IMG/VR virus record: IMGVR_UViG_3300032007_004036 | DNA length: 64,000 nucleotides | Source: an uncultured virus (IMG/VR IMGVR_UViG_3300032007_004036) | Taxonomy: Duplodnaviria; Heunggongvirae; Uroviricota; Caudoviricetes | Strand: one strand, 5' to 3' | In this document: in pieces, positions 18,104 to 28,100 of the stretch | Layout of the letters: each line of letters begins with the position of its first letter | How positions within the stretch are numbered: position 1 is the first letter of the stretch | Notes under the pieces: model-generated | What the model saw: the letters and a program-made list of their open reading frames with translations, nothing else | Database searches by the model: none | What the model was told of the DNA's origin: nothing | Program-made: the position numbers and the translations under genes

Positions 18104-20070
18104 TGCTCAAGCCCGAGGATATCGCTGCTATCTTTGAGTGGATAGAGCTGCTCCTGATAGCGAACCTCAAGCGCAACCTTGCCCGACATAAGGACGAGGA
18201 GGAGCAGGAGGGATTTACCTGGTCTGCATGGCAGGCGGAGAAGCTCCGCAGCGTCAACATATTCCGCCGACAGTGCAGCGCCATAATGAACCGATACAAG
18301 GATCAGATAGACGACGAGACACGTCAGCTGCTCGAGGAACAGTTCGAAGAGGGGGTGAACGGAGCTGTCAAGGAGCTCGAGGAAGCTCATTCGGAAAAGG
18401 CAGCGCCGGCGGCTTTGCCCGCTGCCGAAGAGCAGCAGACACCGGCAGAGAATCCGGAGCAGGGCCACTCGGACTCGCCGAAAGAACCTCCTGCGGAAAA
18501 AACATCTGCTGACACAACTGTCGCGGCTGAGATCAACCCTGAGCCGCAGTTCTTTGGAGTGGATAAGGCAAAGACCGAGAAGCTTATCGAGGATGTCACC
18601 AACATTGAGGAGCAGGCTGAGACGGCAGCTCTACGACTGACCGACGATGTCTACCGTCAGACGGTGAACAGAGTGCAGCTGGCAATGGCTACCGGCTCTA
18701 TCACCTACGAGAAGGCTGTGGACATGGCTGTGGCTGACTTCCTCGCGCAGGGTATCAACTGTATCGAGTACAAGGACGGCAGACGCGTTAATATTGCAGA
18801 CTATGTGCGAATGGTACTGAGGACGACCTCGACCAGAGCAGCGCTGCAAGGCAAGTCCGAACGCTTCAAGGCTCAGGACTACGATACAGTGCTCGTCAGC
18901 AGCTACGGTATGTGCAGCAAGACCTGTCTGCCGTGGCAGGGGCGCGCCTATATCAACGACGCTTTTACTGACTGGCAGGGCGAGACTAAACTTGAAAACG
19001 GCGTGAAGTTCGGCAAATCGTTCTACTGCGGCAAGTGGTTTCCACTCCTGAGCAGTGCCATCGAGCATGGACTTTTTCACCCGAACTGTCGGCACAGCAT
19101 CAATCTCTTCATCGACGGCGTGACTGAGCTCCCCGTGCCGATGGATAATTCCGAGATAGAGCGCCGTTACAAGGCTGAGCAGGCGCAGAGAGCTCTTGAA
19201 CGCGAGGTCAGGAAAGCAAAGCGCAAGGTCGAGGGAAGCCTTGACCCTGCTGATGTCAAAAAGGCTAAAGACGAGCTGAGGAAAGCACAGAAGAACGTCC
19301 GCGACCATATCAACAAGACAAATGCCGATGAAGGAACAAGAGTCCTTGTACGCAAGCCATTGCAGGAGAAGATATACGGCGGTGATGTGCGTATCGGCTC
19401 AGATGCGGATCCTGTTTACGGTCCGAAGTCTCCGCCGGAATCAGTTCCGGAGGGATATGCAGTTGATGTGGACGTCGCGGCTCCGAAGCAGTCAGTTTCC
19501 GCACAGTATACAGGGGAGAAGATACCTGAGAAGTTGAAGGTGGCAGGCGGTCAGGTCACTGTCAGCGAGCCTGAGGAGGCGGAGGGAGCTTATACTGAGG
19601 AGAAGATACCACAAAAGGAAAAGCCCTACACAGAAGTGCAGGACGAATACGAAGCTACTGCTACACCAGGTGAAGGTGTTATCACCCGTGACAGTGATTA
19701 TAAAGAGAAAAAGCACAAGGAAGAAATTGACTTTGCAGAATGGCTTCATAACAAATACGGCGGTGATATACATATTCAGCAAGAACGCCATGATAAAGAA
19801 TACGCCGATTACATTTGGAGAGGGAAACACTGGGAATTAAAGTCTCCTGAAAGTCAAAAAGGTACAAACAGTGCATTAAAGAAAGGATATAGTCAAATAA
19901 GCGAAAATCCCGGAGGGGTAATGATTGACTATGGGGATCATGATATTGATTTAGATTTTGTAATGAAAGCTATTAAACTGCGTATGCAGTGGTATCATGG
20001 AGAAGCTATGGACATAATGCTTGTGCATCGTGGAAACGTCTTGAAAATACTTAGGTATAAAAAAAGATGA
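18103..20070 (+). CDS. MuF-type minor head protein with C-terminal CdiA-like PD-(D/E)XK toxin domain
   Basis: CSKTCLPWQG, GLFHPNCRH, QRALER; C-terminal ADYIWRGKHWELK...Q...GGVMID. Confidence 0.85.
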   Translation: MLKPEDIAAIFEWIELLLIANLKRNLARHKDEEEQEGFTWSAWQAEKLRSVNIFRRQCSAIMNRYKDQIDDETRQLLEEQFEEGVNGAVKELEEAHSEKAAPAALPAAEEQQTPAENPEQGHSDSPKEPPAEKTSADTTVAAEINPEPQFFGVDKAKTEKLIEDVTNIEEQAETAALRLTDDVYRQTVNRVQLAMATGSITYEKAVDMAVADFLAQGINCIEYKDGRRVNIADYVRMVLRTTSTRAALQGKSERFKAQDYDTVLVSSYGMCSKTCLPWQGRAYINDAFTDWQGETKLENGVKFGKSFYCGKWFPLLSSAIEHGLFHPNCRHSINLFIDGVTELPVPMDNSEIERRYKAEQAQRALEREVRKAKRKVEGSLDPADVKKAKDELRKAQKNVRDHINKTNADEGTRVLVRKPLQEKIYGGDVRIGSDADPVYGPKSPPESVPEGYAVDVDVAAPKQSVSAQYTGEKIPEKLKVAGGQVTVSEPEEAEGAYTEEKIPQKEKPYTEVQDEYEATATPGEGVITRDSDYKEKKHKEEIDFAEWLHNKYGGDIHIQQERHDKEYADYIWRGKHWELKSPESQKGTNSALKKGYSQISENPGGVMIDYGDHDIDLDFVMKAIKLRMQWYHGEAMDIMLVHRGNVLKILRYKKR

Positions 20071-20131
20071 GGTAAAGCCTCTGCCCAGAATAGCGGAGGG
20101 AACCTCATCTTTGATTGCATTTCTGCTATCA
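20059..20131 (-). ncRNA. Putative ~72-nt antisense sRNA overlapping the 3' end of the muF toxin gene
   Basis: Perfect promoter TTGACA-N17-TATAAT with TG (20165-20137); GCA-GAAA-TGC hairpin; long hairpin followed by T7. Confidence 0.65.
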
Positions 20132-20194
20132 CTAATATTATACCATAATGATGACGATTTGTCAAGATATATTGCTGAAAGGTGGTGAGAAATA

Positions 20195-20443
20195 ATGGAA
20201 CTGAAAGACACGATAGAGCTCATGCAGTCCGAGAACTACAAGGAGCGGTTCAAAGCTGAGTATTATCAGGTGAAGATAAGACTTGAAAAGCTGGAAGCAA
20301 TGCTCGAAAAGTGGGATAACGGAGAACTGGACTTCACACCTACTTGCCCGAGAATGGTATATGACGGTCAGGTACAGGCTATGTCAGACTACTGCTCAGC
20401 TCTGATAGCACGAGCTGCTATGGAGCATATCGTAATTGAATAA
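20195..20443 (+). CDS. crAss001_48-like small phage protein
   Basis: MELKDTIELMQSENYKERFKAEYYQ...FTPTCP. Confidence 0.8.
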   Translation: MELKDTIELMQSENYKERFKAEYYQVKIRLEKLEAMLEKWDNGELDFTPTCPRMVYDGQVQAMSDYCSALIARAAMEHIVIE

Positions 20444-20508
20444 CGCTTGAAAGCATTTGCCAAGGACATAAATGTCCCTCGCAGTGAGAATGTGGAGGAG
20501 TAAAAACA

Positions 20509-20607
20509 ATGTACAACATTCCAACCGGCAGAATAGTCGAAAGTCTGTTCACGCCGTGGCTCATGAAGCATCTGAGCCGCAGAAGAAACGTTAAAAAGCA
20601 CCGCTGA
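20509..20607 (+). CDS. Possible 32-aa basic micro-protein
   Basis: GGAGGAG RBS; MYNIPTGRIVESLFTPWLMKHLSRRRNVKKHR. Confidence 0.4.
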   Translation: MYNIPTGRIVESLFTPWLMKHLSRRRNVKKHR

Positions 20608-20645
20608 GGTGCATTTTTTATACCCAAAATCAAGAAAGAGAGGTC

Positions 20646-21242
20646 ATGACCATGCCAACAGAAAACACTGATACAAAGGACACTCAGAACACCGCAGAAG
20701 CGCAGAACAATTCTACAGAGGATAATACATCCACCGAAGCACAGAACGGCTCTGCAAGCGAATCTGAGCAGGCTGAGAGCACACTCCCGAAAACTCAGGA
20801 GGAGCTTGACAAGCTCATCGAGCGCAGGCTCAAAAAGGAGCGGCGCGCATGGGAGAAGGAGAAAACAGCTCCCGAGCCTAAGACCGAGAGTGACGGCAGT
20901 ACTGCCGCCGCAGCTCCTGATAACTCCGCAGAGATCGCATCCCTCAAGAGTGAACTCCAGGAGGCAAGAGCGCAGAACACCGCTGCAAAGCTCGGTTTCA
21001 AGGCTGATGCTATCGACGATGCTGTATATCTCGCAATGAGGAACGCTGCCAAGAACAATGACGGCGAGTTCGATGATGAGGACATCAAGACAGAGCTTTC
21101 CGCTGTCCTCAAAAAGCATCCAGAATGGAAAGCTGATGCAGGAAAGAGCGCGGGCTTCCGTGTAGGAGCTCCCGAGCCTAAGCCGAATGCGAATTCAACC
21201 AAGGTTACAGCGCAGAAACGCTGGAATAGATTCAATCATTAA
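20646..21242 (+). CDS. Capsid scaffolding protein
   Basis: Acidic N-terminus, TQEELDKLIERRL; directly before the major capsid gene. Confidence 0.85.
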   Translation: MTMPTENTDTKDTQNTAEAQNNSTEDNTSTEAQNGSASESEQAESTLPKTQEELDKLIERRLKKERRAWEKEKTAPEPKTESDGSTAAAAPDNSAEIASLKSELQEARAQNTAAKLGFKADAIDDAVYLAMRNAAKNNDGEFDDEDIKTELSAVLKKHPEWKADAGKSAGFRVGAPEPKPNANSTKVTAQKRWNRFNH

Positions 21243-21254
21243 GGAGGAATACTT

Positions 21255-22349
21255 ATGCCTAACACAAACAACTATGCTGAGGTGTGGGAGAGCGAGCTTC
21301 TTGAATCCCGTATCCAGGAAACACTTTCGAGTCCCTTCGTGACTACTAATGTCCGCTGGCTCGACGCGAAGACCTTCCACTTCACACAGCAGTCCACATC
21401 CGGCTATAAGTCTCATAACAGAAACGGCGGCTGGAATTCCGGAAAGTATGTTCAGACGGATGTACCTTTCACAGTTACCCACGACAGAGACATTGAGTTC
21501 CTGGTAGACAAGGCTGATGTCGATGAGACAAACCAGACAGCATCTATCATGAATATCTCGCGCACATTCGAGACTAATCAGGCGTCGCCCGAGCAGGACG
21601 CTCTCTTCTTCTCGAAGACTGCGGCAAAGGCTGAGACTCTTGAAGGATATCACAGTGAGACAGCGGCAAACACCTATACAAAGTCGAATGTATTCGACAA
21701 GCTCAAGGGTATGCTCGCATCAGGCAAGCTCAGAAGATACAAGGCTCAGGGCGCACTTATCATGTATGTTACTTCCGCTATCATGGATCTGCTTGAACGT
21801 TGCCTCGACTTCACTCGCAAGATCGAGATGACGCAGATCGCAGAGGGCGCTGGAACAGGCCTCGAGACAAGAGTTACCGACATTGACGGTGTACCGCTCA
21901 TGGAGGTTATAGACGATGAGCGTTTCTATGACCGCTTCAACTTCGATCCGGAGGACGGCGGCTTCGAGCCTGCGCTTGCTGACTATGCACTCACTCAGGA
22001 TACCGACATCGTTGACGGCAAGACCTACTACACTCGTTCCGGTTCTGAGGGCGCGTATACTTATACAGCAGTTGCTTCGCCTTCAAAGTCAAGCCTCGGC
22101 AGCTACTATGAGAAGACTGCTCTCGGTTCCAGAAAGATCAACGTACTCATCGCTTCTCCTCTTACCACAAAGGTAGTTCCGAAGATATCAAGCATCTACT
22201 TCTTCGCTCCCGGCAGTCATACCAAGGGTGACGGCTACCTCTACCAGAATAGAGCACTGTCCGATGTATTCACCTTCCCGAACGGTAAAGACGGCAAGGT
22301 CGACAGTATCTATGTTGATGTAGATACAACTGAATACACGGGTTCATGA
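21255..22349 (+). CDS. Major capsid protein
   Basis: NYAEVW...HDRDIEFLVDKADVDETN...YLYQNR; position and size. Confidence 0.9.
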   Translation: MPNTNNYAEVWESELLESRIQETLSSPFVTTNVRWLDAKTFHFTQQSTSGYKSHNRNGGWNSGKYVQTDVPFTVTHDRDIEFLVDKADVDETNQTASIMNISRTFETNQASPEQDALFFSKTAAKAETLEGYHSETAANTYTKSNVFDKLKGMLASGKLRRYKAQGALIMYVTSAIMDLLERCLDFTRKIEMTQIAEGAGTGLETRVTDIDGVPLMEVIDDERFYDRFNFDPEDGGFEPALADYALTQDTDIVDGKTYYTRSGSEGAYTYTAVASPSKSSLGSYYEKTALGSRKINVLIASPLTTKVVPKISSIYFFAPGSHTKGDGYLYQNRALSDVFTFPNGKDGKVDSIYVDVDTTEYTGS

Positions 22350-22708
22350 GCGCGTATCTGAGACCTGGGGAGTACCACGGCAGCATACCTTCGGACCAGC
22401 TTGAGAGCAGGATCCGCAGGGCTTGCAGAGACATCGACAGTCTGACGTTCAACAGGATCGTCAAGGCCGGCTTTGAGAATCTGACAGAGTTCCAGCAGGA
22501 GCTCATCAAGGAATCCGTAGTGCTCCACATGGACTTCTGTTACGAGAACGCTGAGCTTCTCGAGTCGCCGCTGAGTGCTTATTCTATCAACGGAGTGAGT
22601 ATGAGCTTTGACAAGTCAAAGATAGTCACAGTAGGCGGTGTTACGACTTCAAGCGAGGTCTACGGACTGCTTATGCAGACGGGACTATGCTATAGGGGGC
22701 TGATGTGA
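22346..22708 (+). CDS. Head-tail adaptor
   Basis: RACRDIDSLTFNRI...SYSINGVSMSF...TGLCYRG. Confidence 0.8.
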   Translation: MSAYLRPGEYHGSIPSDQLESRIRRACRDIDSLTFNRIVKAGFENLTEFQQELIKESVVLHMDFCYENAELLESPLSAYSINGVSMSFDKSKIVTVGGVTTSSEVYGLLMQTGLCYRGLM

Positions 22709-23044
22709 ATGAAGTATCCTCAGCTCGTACCGGATAAGGTATGCAAAACTCCCATAACAGTGTACAGGGAGGGTGGTCTCAACAGGGACGGCTCTCCCAA
22801 GCGTACCGTTATATACGAGGGAAAGTGCAACTACAGCGAAAAGACTTTCCAGCGCATGACCGCAGACAAGCAGCTCGTTACGCTCAATGCGACGGCGCTT
22901 TTCAACGGTGACATTGCTCCCGATGTTGATAATATCGAGGGCGACGTTGAAGTTCTCAGCGGCATTCACCGTCGAATTTACGCAAGTCAGAAGAACCGCA
23001 ACCCTGACGGATCTGTGAACTATACTCGACTGGAGCTGATATAA
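22709..23044 (+). CDS. Head closure protein
   Basis: Position; RNPDGSVNYT motif. Confidence 0.75.
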   Translation: MKYPQLVPDKVCKTPITVYREGGLNRDGSPKRTVIYEGKCNYSEKTFQRMTADKQLVTLNATALFNGDIAPDVDNIEGDVEVLSGIHRRIYASQKNRNPDGSVNYTRLELI

Positions 23045-23439
23045 TGAAAGTCAAGGTAACGCTTAACAAAGCTGTGATACAGCGCATATCTGATGCCGCA
23101 AAAGCCGCAGCTGTCGATACAATGGAGCAGTTATGCACTGACCTTGTGGACTCTAAAACAATGCCGTTCGACAGCGGAGATATGCAGAATAATCAGACCT
23201 TTGTTGCAGTTGAGGGTGAAGATATTATAAACGGCGTTGAGACCTATTCAGTGAGCCTTGTAACCGGCTCTCCGCAGGCTCGGCGATTGTATTATCACCC
23301 TGAGTACAACTTTCAGCAGAAGGAAGGCGCTAACGGTTCGCGCGGTGCATTCTGGCTTGAACCGTATATCAGCGGAAGCAAGAAGAACTTCATACGCGAC
23401 AAATACACTGAGCTGTTCAAAAGGAGGGCGGGGCTGTGA
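23044..23439 (+). CDS. Neck protein (Minor_capsid_2-like)
   Basis: MPFDSG...PQARRLYYHP...GAFW. Confidence 0.8.
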   Translation: MKVKVTLNKAVIQRISDAAKAAAVDTMEQLCTDLVDSKTMPFDSGDMQNNQTFVAVEGEDIINGVETYSVSLVTGSPQARRLYYHPEYNFQQKEGANGSRGAFWLEPYISGSKKNFIRDKYTELFKRRAGL

Positions 23440-23831
23440 ACTATCTGACACTGCTTGAAGTCGCTGATATACTCGCGGAGCTGCTCAGCTTCGAGGACAT
23501 TACTGCCGGTACTATAGACTGCTCCCTCAGCGAGACCATAGGCGTATACCAGCGCGGAGAATTCGTTCCGCGTGAGTGCATAGGTACTGACAGCAGCTAC
23601 GAAACATCAAAGCTCAGACTGCTTGTACGGTGGGGCAAGAATCCCACAACGGCAGAAGCTAAGGCTGCCGAGCTTGCAGGACTTGTGCAGGCGCTCAGAG
23701 ATATGCCAACAGGATCGCATATTATCAAATTCGCGGACGTGAAAGCTGTCCGCGCCATAGGAAAAGACGAAAAAGGCGTCTGCGAGTATACCGTAGACGC
23801 TGATGTTATCTATTCAGAAAGGAATGAATAA
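23436..23831 (+). CDS. Tail terminator (Minor_capsid_3-like)
   Basis: Position; IGKDEKGVCEY. Confidence 0.75.
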   Translation: MNYLTLLEVADILAELLSFEDITAGTIDCSLSETIGVYQRGEFVPRECIGTDSSYETSKLRLLVRWGKNPTTAEAKAAELAGLVQALRDMPTGSHIIKFADVKAVRAIGKDEKGVCEYTVDADVIYSERNE

Positions 23832-23834
23832 ACT

Positions 23835-24308
23835 ATGCCTGATGAGAACAATGTAACAACAACTCCCGTAAGCGGAGTTTATCCCTGCTATGAGAATCAG
23901 TTCAGTATCGACATTACCGGCGGTGACGGCACTACAGAGGCAAACCTCAAGACCATTGCAGATATGGAGACTTTCTCCGTAGCTATTGACGGCAACGTTG
24001 AGGAGTGGAATCCCTTCGACACCGAGGGCTGGACACGCCGTCTCGTAACCGGTAAGGCTATCACTATCTCGGTCAGCGGCAAGCGAAATGTCGGTGATGC
24101 CGGTAACGACTACATCGAAAGCATTGCGACCAAGACAGGACAGGAGTGTTCAACTACGTTAATATGGAAATTCCCGAGCGGAGCCACTCTTACAATGCCC
24201 TGCGTCGTAAACGTCACAGAGTGGGGAGCAGGTGACTCGCGCAACGTTGCACCTCTTGCGTTCGATGTAATGAGTGACGGTAAGCCGACTTTCACACCGG
24301 CGGCCTGA
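23835..24308 (+). CDS. Major tail tube protein
   Basis: GWTRRLVTGK...DAGNDY...FDVMSDGKP. Confidence 0.85.
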   Translation: MPDENNVTTTPVSGVYPCYENQFSIDITGGDGTTEANLKTIADMETFSVAIDGNVEEWNPFDTEGWTRRLVTGKAITISVSGKRNVGDAGNDYIESIATKTGQECSTTLIWKFPSGATLTMPCVVNVTEWGAGDSRNVAPLAFDVMSDGKPTFTPAA

Positions 24309-24419
24309 CGACTGCTGCAACGTCAGAGCCGCAGAATGAACCAAGCAGTAATGAAATAACAGAAACAGCGTCCGATCCTGAATGACCGGGCGCTGTGTGA
24401 TAAATGGAGGTAATGCGAT

Positions 24420-24743
24420 ATGGCAAGAATGTACACACTGGACAAAAAGCTGCTTTGCGGCAGTCCTGAGATAAGAATAGGTGAAAAGGTCTATCCGGTC
24501 GATGACCGAACAAAAACCGTAAAAAAGATACTGAAGCTTTTTAGTGATAAGAGCAGTAAAGCTGATGACACTGAGAATACGGAGGAAGCACTTAAACTTG
24601 CATTCGGCGAGAAGTACAGGGAGATAGAAGCTCTTGACCTGCCGTTTGCAGCTTATCAGGAGCTCGTTAACCTCGTTATCGCTGCAATGACCGGTGAAGA
24701 GCCGAAGGAGAAAAATGACTCCTTTCCCGAGCTCGAACAGTGA
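24420..24743 (+). CDS. Tail assembly chaperone (gpG-like)
   Basis: Lies between the tail tube and TMP genes. Confidence 0.8.
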   Translation: MARMYTLDKKLLCGSPEIRIGEKVYPVDDRTKTVKKILKLFSDKSSKADDTENTEEALKLAFGEKYREIEALDLPFAAYQELVNLVIAAMTGEEPKEKNDSFPELEQ

Positions 24744-25068
24744 GGTATGGTACGACCTTGAGCATGACGCAGAGCTCATCACGCAGTCAGTAGCAAAGCA
24801 GTATAAGCTTCTTCCCTCGGAGCAGGAGAAGATACACTACTCCGAGTGGCTGCTGCTTGTTGGAGGTCTCATGGAAGATACTCCGCTCGGTCAGATAGTG
24901 CTAATACGTAAGGAAAAAGACCGCGACCGTATAAAACGGTTCACGCCTTATGAGATGAGGATACACAACGAGTGGCGGAGTTTCCGGACAAAGAAAATGC
25001 TTTCAAATGCCAAGCCGGAGGACTTCTCGAAGCAGTTTGAGAAGATGTTTTCGGCTATGTTTGGCTGA
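24715..25068 (+). CDS. Tail assembly chaperone C-terminal part (A118 Gp15-like)
   Basis: YDLEHD...QY...LMEDTPLGQIVLIR.E; overlaps the previous ORF in the +1 frame. Confidence 0.8.
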   Translation: MTPFPSSNSEVWYDLEHDAELITQSVAKQYKLLPSEQEKIHYSEWLLLVGGLMEDTPLGQIVLIRKEKDRDRIKRFTPYEMRIHNEWRSFRTKKMLSNAKPEDFSKQFEKMFSAMFG

Positions 25069-25106
25069 TTGACAAAAAATGCTCTAAACAAGGAGGAGGT
25101 GAGAGT

Positions 25107-28100
25107 ATGCCGGAAACAAGTGCAGGTGCTATATCGCTTGATCTGACTATCCAGGACAAGCTGACTGAGCAGATAGAACGGTCGATATCGTCTGCGAGAA
25201 GGTATGCAGAATCACTCGGCAGAGAGCTTGAAAATTCAATAACTGCGCCGATAAAGCGTGCAGCTGAAAAGGTAAAGGCAGTTGATGTACCTGTCAGCGT
25301 CAGAACTGAGGATATCACAGGAAAGCTCCACGAAACACTGGAGAATACGAAAACAACTCTGGATATCCCTGTCGATGTCAGTAGCGGGAATATCGCTCAG
25401 AAAGTCCATGATATCACAGAGCAGGCGCAGACGGCTATAACTATTCCGGTTGATATCGAGCCGGAAAGCGCTTTCCGCGCAGTTGAGGAGAAGATGAGCA
25501 GCATTGCTGAGAGTATCCGGGAGAAGCTCGGAGCTATCGACTTCCCGACTGCAAGTGCTGAGAGATTCACATGTCAGCTTGAAGTTATGACTGAGAAGCT
25601 GGCTCTGATGCAGAAAACGTGGCAGGAACTCTCAGCAGCGGACCCTTTCAGTACGGCAGCAGACCGTGCAGGTAAACTCGAAAAGAAGATAGCCGACCTT
25701 GAGAACCGGCTTGCAAAGCTCTCGAAGGGCGGCAAGATCGCATTACCGGAGCCGCGTAAGGTCAAAACTCCAACAGCTACGGTCACGAAAACTGATACAG
25801 GCAAAAGCAGCGTGCCTGCTGTAGACGTTGGTCCTGCTATTGGCGGAGGAATAAGCGGTATAGCCGGTATGATAGGTACCGCTGTTAGTGGAAATCCCGC
25901 TATCGGTTCGGCTGTCAGCTCTGTCGCAAGTACGATAACAGGCACTCTTGGAAATGCGTTCAAGGGCCTTCACAACCTGATAAACAAGGTCACAGGCAAC
26001 GCCTCAGCAAAGCTGAAGAAGCTCATCGGCAATATCATAGACATCACCAAGCCGCTGAGAAAGCTCGGCGACACTCTGAAACGAGCATTCAAGAGCGTAT
26101 TTCTTGCTGCCGGTGCTTACGCAGCATTCCGCGCACTGAAGGACGGACTGCTCGAAGCGGCAAATGCTGATGAGCGCTTTGTGAAGTCTCTGAATGAGGT
26201 CAAAGCCAATCTCGCAATAGCGTTTACACCGATAATTCAGCAAGTAATGCCTATGCTTGACAGTCTGATGGAAAAGCTTGCAGTGACTACCAAGCAGATA
26301 GCTGCATTCACAGCAAACCTGTTTGGCATGACCTACAAACAGGCTGCCGATGCTGCTAAGAAGATAAAGGACGTTACAGCTGCCGCAAAGAAAGCGAAGA
26401 TGGCAGTCGCAGGCATAGATGAGCTGAATATCCTCTCTGACGGCAGTGACGATGATAAACAAGGCATCGACTACAGCAAGCTTGATATGTCTGAGCCTGA
26501 GCTCCCTGACTGGGCGGAACGGCTCAAAACCTCAATAAAAACCGGAGACTGGAACGGTGCAGGAAGAGCACTCGCGGCGAAAGTCAACGAAGTTCTCGGC
26601 TCTGTGAACTGGGAAAAGGCTGAGCAGAAAGTCAAAGAAAAGGTCAGGAACCTTGCAGACCTGATAAACGGCTTCACGGACGAGCTTGACCCACGCGGGA
26701 TAGGTAATGCTATCGCCGGAACTCTTAACACGATAACCGGAGCAGTAACAACTTTTGCCGACACGGTCAACTGGGGCAGGATAGGTCGTAAGCTCGCATC
26801 AGGGCTCAATACTGCTGTCCGTAAGATAAAGTGGCGTCAGCTTGGCAAGGCTCTTACATCGGGTATAAAGATACTCACTGACGTTCTTTACAATTTCTCT
26901 GAGGAGTTCGACTTCAAACAGTTAGGCAGCGGTCTGAGCAGAGCCATGAACGGAGCGGTTGCCAATGTTGACACTGCAAAGATAGGCAGTACCCTTTCAA
27001 ATATAATCAAAGGCTCGATATCTGCTGCAACGGAGTTTCTAAAGGGAACCGACTTCAACATGATAGGCGAGAAGATAGGAGATTTCCTTGAAAACCTCGA
27101 CTTCGAGAATATTCTCAGAGGTGGAGCATCTCTTATCAGGAAGATATTCTCGTCCATGCTCGATATAGCAGACGGACTGCTTGATAATACAGACTGGGCG
27201 AGTATCGGATTATCCATAGGCAGAGGACTCGGCGGAGCTGAGAAGGACGGCGTGCAGGAAGGTCTCTCGGGCGAAAACGGCATCTTTGACGGCTTCTGGG
27301 CAAAGCTCGTGCGAGTAATGCTCAAATGGTCAGCGGCAATGTCTGACCTCGCAGTCACTATCGGTGCAGGCATAGTATGGGGCATACTCGACGGTATTAC
27401 CGGCGAACTCAAAAGTATCGGGAAATGGCTCGACGACAATATCGTAATGCCGTTTATTGACGGTATCAGGGACAAATTCGGTATAAAGAACGGCAGCTCG
27501 TCCAAGACCAAGAACATAGGCAGCAGTCTGATGACCGGTATCAAGAACGGTGCTTCCGAAAAGCTTGAATCCGCGAAAAAGGTATTTACCGGACTTCGCG
27601 AGAGTATAGAGGCAATATTCACGGATATCGGCGACTGGTTCAAGGTGAAATTTGAATCAGCACGAGACAATGTAAAAAAACCGTTCAGCTCTATCGGGTT
27701 ATGGTTTGCTGAGAAATGCAGTGAGATAAGAGCACCATTTCTGAATGTTGGTTCGTGGTTCGGAGAGCGGTTTCAGGCTGCACGTGATAATATCGAGCGT
27801 ATATTCAATGACGTAGGCGCGTATTTTGGCAAGCGCTGGGACGATATCAAAGAGCATTACAGCACGGTGGGTTCATGGTTCAGAGACCGCTTCGAGGCTG
27901 CATATGACAATATCCGCAACGTGTGGAGTTATCTTCCTGACGTATTCGACCAGATATGGAGTGATATCAAGGATTCGGCTCTCGACAGCCTTAACGACAT
28001 TCTCGGCGGACTTGATGAGTTCTGTGGGAAATTAGCTGATGTTCTGAGTTCAATGTCAGTCGCAGGCATTGGTGGAAACATCCTTCTGCCTAAGATATCG

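Noticed and set aside
20078..20084. CCTCTGC shared between the muF-associated hairpin and the phage tRNA acceptor stem
   Set aside because: A 7-nt match is expected by chance; not used as evidence of tRNA mimicry
24309..24385. Frameshift extension of the major tail protein (-1 frame reads LTTAATSEPQNEP...)
   Set aside because: No convincing slippery site and no recognisable domain; may be a remnant
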